Shown piece after piece: positions 56,024 through 64,000 of a DNA stretch of 64,000 nt. The stretch comes from Candidatus Poriferihabitaceae bacterium. Lineage in GTDB: Bacteria; Pseudomonadota; Gammaproteobacteria; Arenicellales; Poriferihabitantaceae. Under the pieces are notes generated by a model. The model did not search any database. It was not told the origin of the DNA and was given only the letters and a program-made list of their open reading frames with translations. The position numbers and the translations under genes were made by a program. The DNA lies in contig CBDFMY010000003.1 of assembly GCA_965249835.1 (NCBI GenBank), forward strand, positions 929,979 to 993,978, in the 5' to 3' direction. Each line of letters begins with the position of its first letter. Position 1 is the first letter of the stretch.

Positions 56024-56815
56024 TTGAAAATCCCCCTGCTTGCTGTGGTTGTTGCGGCGCAGTTTTTGATTGCTCCGTTGCATGCTGATGAGGTCGATGC
56101 GGACGCGGTCAAGCAACTCGTTGAGCAAGAAATTGAACGGCTGCTGAATACCGAAGGCGTGCTGGATTCGGCAATCGAACAAGGCATCGCTCGTTTCATT
56201 CGCAAGCAACAAGCGGCGGCGGAAAGGGCGCGTACCGACCAGCAGCGAACCCACGTTGAACAGTTACGTCCGGTGGATTTACAGCGCGATCATGTTTTTG
56301 GCAATCCTGACGCTGCGGTCACGCTGGTGGAATATTCTGACTTTGAATGTCCGTTCTGCAAACGTTTTCACCCCAACGTGATTCGATTGATGGAAGACAA
56401 CGGCGACAAATTGCGCTGGGTGTATCGCCACTTTCCCCTGGACATCCACAACCCCGGCGCGCAAAAACAAGCCGAAGCCTCGGAATGTGTCGCCGAACTC
56501 AAGGGCAATGATGTTTTCTGGGAATACATCCACGCCATCTATGGTTTAACCAACTCCGGCGGCACCGGTTTCTCGCTGGAAAACTTGCGCCCACTGGCCG
56601 AGGAATTAGAGGTCAACGGTGACGCTTTCGATGAGTGCATGGCAAGCGGACGAATGACCGCCCGTGTTAACCAAGACTACGAGGACGGTGCCAAGGTCGG
56701 CATATCGGGAACCCCGGCCGGTTTTCTAATCAACCGACAAAACGAAGTGCGTTTCATTGTCGGCGCGCAACCCACCGATGAATTGCAGGTGTTGGTCGAC
56801 GAGTTGCTGCGCTGA
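56024..56815 (+). CDS. DsbA-family thioredoxin-fold protein (secreted)
   Basis: Signal peptide MKIPLLAVVVAAQFLIAPLHA. Active site FECPFCKRF. Confidence 0.8.
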   Translation: MKIPLLAVVVAAQFLIAPLHADEVDADAVKQLVEQEIERLLNTEGVLDSAIEQGIARFIRKQQAAAERARTDQQRTHVEQLRPVDLQRDHVFGNPDAAVTLVEYSDFECPFCKRFHPNVIRLMEDNGDKLRWVYRHFPLDIHNPGAQKQAEASECVAELKGNDVFWEYIHAIYGLTNSGGTGFSLENLRPLAEELEVNGDAFDECMASGRMTARVNQDYEDGAKVGISGTPAGFLINRQNEVRFIVGAQPTDELQVLVDELLR

Positions 56816-56820
56816 GCGAG

Positions 56821-57621
56821 TTAGTTTTCTGCCGCCAAACGAATCTGTTCTTCCACCCAGGCGCGTTCATCGTCAATCGTGCCGCCGCCGGCGAGGTAAT
56901 CGTCAATGATTTCATGCATTCGTTCCTCGCCGAAGGATGCGTAATGCCCGCCGTATACCACCGCCACCGGCAATTCCTTGAGGCGATGCAAACTCTCGCG
57001 GTATTGTTGTTTGTCGGAATGATAGAGCGAGTCGTATAACCGGCCATCGTAAATCACATCGCCGGAAAACAGCGTACGCGTGGCGGTCTCATACAATGCG
57101 ATAGATCCTGGTGAATGTCCGGGTAGATGGAAAACCGTAAAGTGGCGGTCACCGAGGTCAACCACATCGCCGTCGTCTACATGCGCGGTCAGCGGTGCCG
57201 GTTGAACGGCAAATTGCTGATATGAAAATCCGGCATTGGGCAACGCCGAGAAAGTCTCTGCGCGAATGAAAGCACCGAATTTTTCTTCAAGTGTTGCGCC
57301 ATCCTGCGCCTCGGCACCGGCGTAAATCTCCGCTTCCAAGCGATGCCCGAGGCGGTGCGTAAATTGGTGGGCGCCACCCATGTGATCGAAATGACTGTGG
57401 GTGCAAAGTGCGGTCAGCGGCCGGTCGCGCAACAGCGCAACTTCTTTTTTCAGGGGGCGCAGACCCATGCCGGTATCGATGAGCAAGTCGCGGTCGCGTC
57501 CGCTGATGTGCCACATATTACAACGCAACCACGGCGCAACATAAATTTCGCGGATGAGATGAACGCCATCGCCACAAGAGATAACCTCATACCAATCCTT
57601 GGCGATTTTTTTGCCGGACAT
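56821..57621 (-). CDS. MBL-fold metallo-hydrolase
   Basis: Start at ATG 57621 (MSGKKIAKDWYEV), overlapping the permease stop (TAATG). THSHFDHMGG motif. The track extension to 57903 is rejected. Confidence 0.85.
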   Translation of the reverse strand: MSGKKIAKDWYEVISCGDGVHLIREIYVAPWLRCNMWHISGRDRDLLIDTGMGLRPLKKEVALLRDRPLTALCTHSHFDHMGGAHQFTHRLGHRLEAEIYAGAEAQDGATLEEKFGAFIRAETFSALPNAGFSYQQFAVQPAPLTAHVDDGDVVDLGDRHFTVFHLPGHSPGSIALYETATRTLFSGDVIYDGRLYDSLYHSDKQQYRESLHRLKELPVAVVYGGHYASFGEERMHEIIDDYLAGGGTIDDERAWVEEQIRLAAEN

Positions 57622-59684
57622 TAATCCAACCCAAATGCTTTCTGTCGGGATTTGCTCCAATTCTGCGTGAAGCGGTCGGAGATCATGGCGATGATTGCCA
57701 TGCCGATGCCGGCCACGAAGCCGATGCCAAAATCGCCGTCGCCGAGCCCGATATACACCTGCTGGCCGAGGCCATTGGTTCCCACCAGCGCGGCGATTAC
57801 CAGCATGGCGATGCCATACATGATGGTTTGATTCAAGCCCAGCATGATGACCGGCAACGCCAGCGGTAGTTTGACCTGCCACAACAATTGCCATCGGGTG
57901 CAACCCATGCAGGTCGCCGCCTCAAGTATATCGGCCGGGAGATTGCGCAAGCCGTGTTCGGTGTAGCGAATCGCCGGCACGATAGCGTAGGCGATGATTG
58001 CCAGCAGCGCGCTGAATTCGCCGATTTTGAATATCATTACGAATGGAATCAGAATGACGAACAGCGGCATGGTCTGCAAGGTGTCGTTGATCGGTCGGAC
58101 GATGCGCGAAATCCATTCCACCTCCGACGCAAAAATACCGATGGCCGAGCCGACAAAAAAAGAAATAGCGACTGCGATGCCGCACAAGTAAATCGACAAC
58201 ATCGCTTGCGGCCACACCCCGGCCACCGCCAGAAACGATAGCGCGGCGCAGGTGCCGATGGCGAGTTGTTTTCCGTTGAGTTGCCAGCCGAGCAAGGTTG
58301 CCATGCCGATCAAAGTGAACCACGGCAGTTTGGTCAAGCCGAAATAAAACAGGATGGCGAGAAAGCCGATGGCGATGGCGGTGCCGATGCGCCGGCGCGC
58401 TACATATAAGGTCAGCGCGATTGCCGCCATCGCGTAACCAACTTTGTGCACGATGGTGAGTTCAAAGCCCCATGAAAATGGGCTGATGGTGTCTTCAAGC
58501 CCGATGCGGGTCGGCAACATCAAATAAAAAAAAGTGAAGTTCTTTATTTTTTCGATGATCGTTTTCCATTCCAGAATGAAATTGGCAAGCCCATCGTTCA
58601 ATACTTCGGCCGGATAGAAAACCCACGCTTTGGGCCACTGCTTGAAAAGCGGAAAGAGTTCGGCGGCGACAAAAAACACCACCGCGCCGAGTAGCCCAAT
58701 CAACCACAATCGATACCGCAACCAAACGTTAGGTTGGCGGGCGGTGGTGTTGGTTTCGCGGGTCGCCAGCCCCACGGTGATGCGGTCGATTACCATCGCC
58801 AACAGCGCGATGACGATGCCCGCCAATACGCTTTCGCCGAACTGCGCCTTGCGGATATTGGAAAGCACTTCCCAGCCGATGTCGGCGGTGCCGCCGATGA
58901 TGGATGCGATGATGACCATGGACACCGAAGCCATGGTGGTTTGGTTGACGCCGAGTAGCAGTTGTCGAGACGCGGTCGGCACGCGCACTTGCCAGAATAA
59001 TTGCGCCGGGGATGCGCCGCTCATCAGTCCGGATTCCACCACTTCGGCCGACACCAGACGCAACCCCAAAATGGTGTTGCGCACCATCGGCGGGAACGAG
59101 AACAGCAAACTCGCGATCAAGCCGACCACCGGGCCGAAGCCGAACAGTAGCAATATCGGTAGCAGGTAGGCAAACGCCGGGATGGTTTGTAGCATGTCCA
59201 AACTGGGCATAATCCAGCGTTCGGCGCGCGGGGAAAAGAAGCCCCAGATGCCGAATCCGAAGCCCACCGCAATGGCGAGTGGCACCGAGATGACCACCAG
59301 CGACAGCGAGTTCATGCTTTCCGGCCAGTAGCCAACCACCACCATATACAGCAGCGCGGCGGTGGAGAATGTGGCGAGTCGCCAACCGGCGGCGGCGTAG
59401 GACACCAGCGCGGTCAAAACCACCACCACCGACCATGGCAGCCATTGCAAAAACCCTTGCGCGCCGCGCACCGGGATATCAAGGATGGCAGACAACCCGC
59501 GGAAAAACCAGCCGGTCGCGTCAATGAACCAACTCATGGCGAGATTCAGCACCACCGAGATGGGCGCGACCCACTCGGTGGGATAGTTGATTAGCCAATC
59601 CGCCTGCGAGCGCAATCCGAGCGATGCCAGCGTGAGTGCCAGCAACAGCAACCACAGGTAGTGATTGCGATCAAGTTTTGGCAT
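57621..59684 (-). CDS. glycine betaine/proline-type ABC transporter permease, fused double-domain
   Basis: Start at ATG 59684 (MPKLDRNHYLW). Two ProW-like permease modules. Confidence 0.85.
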   Translation of the reverse strand: MPKLDRNHYLWLLLLALTLASLGLRSQADWLINYPTEWVAPISVVLNLAMSWFIDATGWFFRGLSAILDIPVRGAQGFLQWLPWSVVVVLTALVSYAAAGWRLATFSTAALLYMVVVGYWPESMNSLSLVVISVPLAIAVGFGFGIWGFFSPRAERWIMPSLDMLQTIPAFAYLLPILLLFGFGPVVGLIASLLFSFPPMVRNTILGLRLVSAEVVESGLMSGASPAQLFWQVRVPTASRQLLLGVNQTTMASVSMVIIASIIGGTADIGWEVLSNIRKAQFGESVLAGIVIALLAMVIDRITVGLATRETNTTARQPNVWLRYRLWLIGLLGAVVFFVAAELFPLFKQWPKAWVFYPAEVLNDGLANFILEWKTIIEKIKNFTFFYLMLPTRIGLEDTISPFSWGFELTIVHKVGYAMAAIALTLYVARRRIGTAIAIGFLAILFYFGLTKLPWFTLIGMATLLGWQLNGKQLAIGTCAALSFLAVAGVWPQAMLSIYLCGIAVAISFFVGSAIGIFASEVEWISRIVRPINDTLQTMPLFVILIPFVMIFKIGEFSALLAIIAYAIVPAIRYTEHGLRNLPADILEAATCMGCTRWQLLWQVKLPLALPVIMLGLNQTIMYGIAMLVIAALVGTNGLGQQVYIGLGDGDFGIGFVAGIGMAIIAMISDRFTQNWSKSRQKAFGLD

Positions 59685-60798
59685 CGCGTGAAGGGCAGTC
59701 GGGTGGCGATTCGGCGGTGTCTGATTGTGGCATGTGATCGGCCAGGGCGCGCACCACATCCTGAGATTGGATGACGCCGACTACGTTATCGTTTTCTTTG
59801 ACGGTTACCGACGGCGTGCGGGCAAGCATCGGCAGCAATTGGTTGAGCGTGGTGTCGGCGCGTATTGATGGCGCGTCCGGCGTTGGTGAAGCCGAGCGGT
59901 CGGCAACCGCGGCGGCGGTCAATACGTGGGTAATGGGCACATCTTTGGTGAACTCGGAAACATAATCATCCGCCGGATGCATAATCAACTCGGCCGGCGT
60001 TCCGATTTGCACGACCTCGCCATCGCGCATAATTGCCATGTGGTCGGCGATTCGCAACGCTTCGAGAAAATCATGGGTGATGAAGACGATTGACTTGTGA
60101 AGTTTTTCTTGAATGCTAAGAAATTCATCCTGCATCTGTCGGCGGATGAGCGGGTCAAGTGCCGAAAAAGGTTCATCCAAAAACCATAAATCGGGTTCCA
60201 CCGCGAGCGAGCGGGCGATGCCGATGCGTTGTTGTTGTCCGCCGGAGAGTTGTCGAGGGTAACTGGATTCGCGTCCCTCAAGACCGACCAGTTCGATCAC
60301 CCGTTCGGCGCGTTGGCGACGCTCGGCCACCGGCATGCCCTGTAGTTTCAGCGGGAAAGCGATGTTGTCGATGACATTGAGATGCGGCAACAAACCAAAA
60401 CTCTGAAACACCATGCCCATTTTGTGACGGCGAATTTCAATCAACTCGCGGGCGGATTTTTCCAGCAGGTCTTCGCCGTCCAATAGTATCTGCCCGGCGG
60501 TGGCTTCCACCAGCCGCGACAGGCAACGCACGACGGTGGATTTTCCCGAGCCGGACAATCCCATGATGACGAAAATTTCGCCGCCATGCACCTCAAAGTT
60601 GACATTGGCGGAGGCGACGATGTGACCGGATTGCCGAATTTTTTCGGCGTGGCCACGCGGGTCATCGAACACGCCGCTTTTGTCGGCGAAAAACTGCGCC
60701 GGGTTTTCGCCGTAAATCTTCCAGACATTACGGCAGGAAAGCACCACCGGTGAAGTGTCGGTGGCTGGTTGTTCGGTGGATTGGTGAATTGAAGTCAT
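59671..60798 (-). CDS. glycine betaine/proline-type ABC transporter ATP-binding protein with C-terminal CBS pair
   Basis: Walker A GLSGSGKST, LSGGQQQRIGIARSL, WFLDEP. Start ATG 60798 is chosen because a terminator-like hairpin lies within the longer track ORF. Confidence 0.8.
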   Translation of the reverse strand: MTSIHQSTEQPATDTSPVVLSCRNVWKIYGENPAQFFADKSGVFDDPRGHAEKIRQSGHIVASANVNFEVHGGEIFVIMGLSGSGKSTVVRCLSRLVEATAGQILLDGEDLLEKSARELIEIRRHKMGMVFQSFGLLPHLNVIDNIAFPLKLQGMPVAERRQRAERVIELVGLEGRESSYPRQLSGGQQQRIGIARSLAVEPDLWFLDEPFSALDPLIRRQMQDEFLSIQEKLHKSIVFITHDFLEALRIADHMAIMRDGEVVQIGTPAELIMHPADDYVSEFTKDVPITHVLTAAAVADRSASPTPDAPSIRADTTLNQLLPMLARTPSVTVKENDNVVGVIQSQDVVRALADHMPQSDTAESPPDCPSRDAKT

Positions 60799-60832
60799 GT
60801 GTCCGGCGCGAGCGGTCGGCGAAGTCCGGGGT

Positions 60833-60864
60833 AAAAAAAATATCGGAGCAGTGGTTAACTGCTC
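60833..60864 (-). terminator. terminator/attenuator between binding-protein and ATPase genes
   Basis: Minus strand reads GAGCAGU-UAACC-ACUGCUC, then CGAUA, then U8. Confidence 0.5.
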
Positions 60865-60966
60865 TGGCATTGGCCTCGCTTTACTGGCGCAGGTATCCGC
60901 AGACATCGGCGCGGGTTGGGTGTGTTCTGTTGTTTTTTACCCATCGCGCCGACCGCTCCAGTCGGT

Positions 60967-61875
60967 TTATTGAGCGGCTTTCACCCAGGGTTCCCAGGTG
61001 GATTTGTTCGCCGCCAGCCACTCACCGACCACTTCGTCCAAGTCGCGCTTTTTGTTGTCGATCTCTAACATCATTCGGTTTTGCGCGTCGTTGTCCAGCG
61101 ACATCATCTCAACCAATTTATACGCGCCGGGCCATTGATCGGCAAAACCACTCCACACGATTTTGCTAACGCTCGCTTGATTGAAACCCCACTCGGCCAT
61201 GTCAACCCACTCCATGTCATACTCGGCGAAAATCCAATGCGGTTCCCAGAACATCATCAGCACTGGCTCTTTGGAGGCGTAGGCGCTTTTCAGTTCGGCA
61301 ATCATCGCACCGTCGCTACCGCCGGCAATCGCTTGAAACGGTAGGTTCTCTTTCGCCACCAAATCTTTGGACTTGGTTCCCCAATCCGCCGGGTAGGTAA
61401 TCAGGCGACCCTTGGGATAAGTTTCAGCGGAGCCGAACACTTGCGCACATTCCATCAACGCACTCGCCGCCGGCAAGCCGGGACATTTCTCTTTCATATA
61501 CGCCGGATACATCCAGCCTTCGTAGGTGGAAAGGCCAAGCGCTCCGACCTTGATAATATTACCGGCATCCACCGCCTTGTCGTAGACCGCACCGACATTG
61601 TTGTCCCAGGTTTCAGGCTGCAAATGCAGGTTGCCTTGTGCGATGGCGGAAAATTGCGGCACCGCGCCGGCGGTCACATACTCGATGTTGTATCCGGCTT
61701 TTTCCAGCAACTGGCCGGCGACATGGGCGGAAATATGTTGTCCGGTCCATTCGTTGATGGCGATTCTAATCGGGTCGCCGGATTTGGCCGCCTGACTGGT
61801 TCCAGTCAATGTCAGCATCGCTCCCAGCACAGCTAATGCGATCACATGGCCTTTCAATTTCATTCTCATGTTCAT
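60967..61875 (-). CDS. glycine betaine-type ABC transporter substrate-binding protein
   Basis: Signal peptide MNMRMKLKGHVIALAVLGAMLTLTGTSQA. OpuAC/ProX-like body (INEWTGQHISAHV...). Confidence 0.85.
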   Translation of the reverse strand: MNMRMKLKGHVIALAVLGAMLTLTGTSQAAKSGDPIRIAINEWTGQHISAHVAGQLLEKAGYNIEYVTAGAVPQFSAIAQGNLHLQPETWDNNVGAVYDKAVDAGNIIKVGALGLSTYEGWMYPAYMKEKCPGLPAASALMECAQVFGSAETYPKGRLITYPADWGTKSKDLVAKENLPFQAIAGGSDGAMIAELKSAYASKEPVLMMFWEPHWIFAEYDMEWVDMAEWGFNQASVSKIVWSGFADQWPGAYKLVEMMSLDNDAQNRMMLEIDNKKRDLDEVVGEWLAANKSTWEPWVKAAQ

Positions 61876-61903
61876 GATAATACTCTCCTCAAAAGTGGGG
61901 TAG

Positions 61904-61922
61904 GTTGATGACGGTCATCAAC
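61904..61922. promoter_or_regulatory. candidate operator: perfect palindrome GTTGATGAC-G-GTCATCAAC
   Basis: 9-bp arms, 29-47 nt upstream of the binding-protein ATG and immediately downstream of a TTGACA hexamer (minus strand, 61926-61931). Confidence 0.3.
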
Positions 61923-62172
61923 ATCTGTCAACTCGACCGGTTCAGTATAATATGCCGAGGTGCGGATGTGAAACCTTACCTTACCCATACACGATAGGGC
62001 AAGACACGCGCAAGCACCGGTCGGCATTGGCAACCATCGGTTGCCTGCGGATAACTCTACCACAAAACACCGGTCAATCCGCCGCTCGGCCCGCGCCCCA
62101 CTAGCGGACATTATGCGGTAGTATCGCGCCAGCAATGCAAGTTGCCCCGACCCGAATGACCATGACTCGCCC

Positions 62173-63510
62173 ATGACAAAAATTCTGCACCGTCATACCA
62201 AAACTCATCTGCCATTTGCGGTGGGCGGCGAGGGGGTGTATCTCATAGACAGCGACGGTAAGCGTTACCTCGACGGTTGCGGCGGTGCGGCGGTGTCTTG
62301 TCTGGGACACAATCATCCCGCGGTTGCCGATGCGATGCGTGCGCAGATGGATGAGTTGAGTTACGCCCATACTTCGTTTTTCACCACCGAAAAACTGGAA
62401 GCCCTGGGAGAGCAGATGATCGAACACGCGCCGCATAATCTGAGCCATATCTATTTCGTTTGCGGCGGTTCCGAAGCGATGGAGTCGGCACTCAAACTTG
62501 CGCGTCAATATTTCATCGAAATCGGCGAGCCGCAACGCACTCGTTTTATTTCTCGTCGCCAGAGTTATCACGGCAACACGCTCGGCGCGCTGGCGGTAGG
62601 TGGCAATTTGTTTCGCCGCCAGCCCTATCAACCGTTGCTCATCGAGACCAGTTGGATAGCGCCGTGTTACGCCTACCGCAACCGTGCGCCGGAGGAGTCG
62701 GAAGGCGAATACGGGCTGCGGGTGGCCGATGAACTCGAACAAGAGATTCTCAAAGTCGGCGAAGATAAAGTCATCGCTTTTGTCGCTGAGACCGTGGTTG
62801 GCGCCACCGCCGGCGTGGTGCCAGCGGTGGAAGGTTACTTCAAACGCATCCGCGAGATTTGCGATCGTTACGGCGTGTTGCTCATCCTCGATGAAGTGAT
62901 GTGCGGCATGGGCAGAACCGGCAGATTGTATGCGCACCAACGCGATGATGTGCACGCCGATTTGGTCACCGTTGCCAAAGGATTGGGCGGCGGGTATCAG
63001 CCCATCGGCGCGACTTTGATGGATGAAAAAATTTATCGCGCGATAGCCGACGGCTCCGGCGCATTTCAAAATGGACACACCTATCTCGGCCATGCGCTGG
63101 CGGCTGCGGCAGCGTTGGCGGTGCAGCAGACCATTCAACACGAACGATTGCTCGACAATGTGCAACAGCGCAGCGCAGAATTATTTTCGCAACTTCGCAC
63201 ACGATTTGAAAACCATCCGCATGTCGGTGATATTCGCGGTCGCGGTTTGTTCGTCGGCATCGAACTGGTCGAGAAACGTGATGACACCGGCGGTGCGCCG
63301 TTCGCCGCCGACATTCCGCTACACACGCTAATCAAGCAAGCGGCAATGGACAACGGCCTCATGATTTATCCCGGCAACGGCACCATAGACGGCAAACGCG
63401 GACATCACATCATGCTGGCGCCGCCATTTATTTATGAGTCGGCGCATGTGGATGAACTGGTGGATAAGTTGTCCCAATCCATCGACGATGCGATTGGCAT
63501 GCTTGCCTGA
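62173..63510 (+). CDS. class III (omega) aminotransferase
   Basis: 445 aa, LILDEVMCGMGRTGRLYA PLP-lysine region context, GGSEAMESALKLAR. Confidence 0.85.
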   Translation: MTKILHRHTKTHLPFAVGGEGVYLIDSDGKRYLDGCGGAAVSCLGHNHPAVADAMRAQMDELSYAHTSFFTTEKLEALGEQMIEHAPHNLSHIYFVCGGSEAMESALKLARQYFIEIGEPQRTRFISRRQSYHGNTLGALAVGGNLFRRQPYQPLLIETSWIAPCYAYRNRAPEESEGEYGLRVADELEQEILKVGEDKVIAFVAETVVGATAGVVPAVEGYFKRIREICDRYGVLLILDEVMCGMGRTGRLYAHQRDDVHADLVTVAKGLGGGYQPIGATLMDEKIYRAIADGSGAFQNGHTYLGHALAAAAALAVQQTIQHERLLDNVQQRSAELFSQLRTRFENHPHVGDIRGRGLFVGIELVEKRDDTGGAPFAADIPLHTLIKQAAMDNGLMIYPGNGTIDGKRGHHIMLAPPFIYESAHVDELVDKLSQSIDDAIGMLA

Positions 63511-63526
63511 CTCCGGCGGTTTGATC

Positions 63527-64000
63527 ATGTCCGCCTCGCCCCAACCCCCTCAACCCCCCCAACCATTACTAATTGCATCGGCACCCAACGGCGCATACAA
63601 AACCCGCACGCACCACGATCAACTGCCGGTCACCGCCGCGCAACTGGCCGATACCGCCGTCGCCGTCCGGCAAGCGGGCGCGCGCATGATTCATCTGCAT
63701 GTGCGCGATGCCAACGGCAAGCACACTCTGGATACTGATACTTATAAAGCCGCCATCGAATCCATACGCGCAAAAGTTGGCGATGATTTTTTTATCCAAT
63801 TGACCAGCGAAGCGGCCGGCGTGTATGACGCCGAACAACAACGACGTGCGATGTATGCGGTGTGCGCCGATGGCGTGTCCATTGCATTGCGCGAATTAAT
63901 TCGCACGCACGATGAACGCGATGAATGCGATGATCTGGCATCGGCAAAAAAATTGTTTCATCATTTCGCCGCGCAAGGTGTGCTGGCGCAATACATTTTA
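63527..64000 (+). CDS. 3-keto-5-aminohexanoate cleavage enzyme family (BKACE/DUF849), N-terminal part; 3' end outside the window
   Basis: My own translation from ATG 63527 is MSASPQPPQPPQPLLIASAPNGAYKTRTHHDQLPVTAAQLADTAVAVRQAGARMIHLHVRDANGKHTLD... The frame is open to the window end. Not in the ORF track. Confidence 0.75.
   Translation, partial: MSASPQPPQPPQPLLIASAPNGAYKTRTHHDQLPVTAAQLADTAVAVRQAGARMIHLHVRDANGKHTLDTDTYKAAIESIRAKVGDDFFIQLTSEAAGVYDAEQQRRAMYAVCADGVSIALRELIRTHDERDECDDLASAKKLFHHFAAQGVLAQYIL

Noticed and set aside
57622-57903. 94-codon N-terminal extension of the MBL hydrolase ORF
   Set aside because: It overlaps the permease gene and is His/Arg/Gly-rich with no homology. The MBL fold starts at ATG 57621.
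62101-63165. 354-aa minus-strand ORF antisense to the class III aminotransferase
   Set aside because: Same reasoning. The plus-strand gene has clear PLP-enzyme motifs and the antisense product has none.
63527-63570. PQPPQPPQP-coding C-rich repeat at the BKACE N-terminus as a regulatory element
   Set aside because: It is a short, imperfect proline/glutamine-rich N-terminal tail in frame with a clear BKACE domain. There is no evidence for anything beyond low-complexity coding sequence.

Overview
About 64 kb of chromosome from a Gram-negative proteobacterium, judged from bamE, recN-nadK/hrcA, ettA and etfBA. The backbone is fairly GC-rich and reads as ordinary housekeeping and catabolic genes. 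These are thrC, a 2-aminoethylphosphonate (AEP) uptake/phnW cluster, two dimethylglycine/sarcosine-dehydrogenase-like genes, bioY, acnB, mdh, malonyl-CoA decarboxylase/synthetase, AruH/AruI-like genes, a betaine-type ABC transporter, a class III aminotransferase and a partial BKACE gene. Four lower-GC accessory patches interrupt this backbone. (1) 3.5-8.3 kb is a decay zone. It holds a methyltransferase/Mrr-nuclease relic fused to a truncated, frameshifted type-2 ileS that still has a canonical T-box leader. It also holds a DUF262-HNH-RAMA (GmrSD-like) gene split at an A6 run, and a degenerate IS4-family element. (2) 21.9-23.9 kb has a class II Fic gene preceded by a 105-bp tandem repeat and followed by nested hairpin repeats. 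(3) 27.1-28.5 kb has a decayed paralogue of the DUF262-HNH gene wedged between acnB and mdh. (4) 43.1-47.3 kb is the best candidate for an uncharacterised system. It carries a translationally coupled TcmP / DUF5131 (Gp37/Gp68, three-Cys) pair, a P-loop ATPase with a wHTH tail, a DUF1353 protein and a small membrane protein, directly downstream of a relic DNA-methyltransferase C-terminus. Two species-specific intergenic repeat families, A and B, recur across the window. I saw no rRNA, tRNA or CRISPR. All family assignments come from reading the translations by eye, with no database search. GC statements are qualitative.
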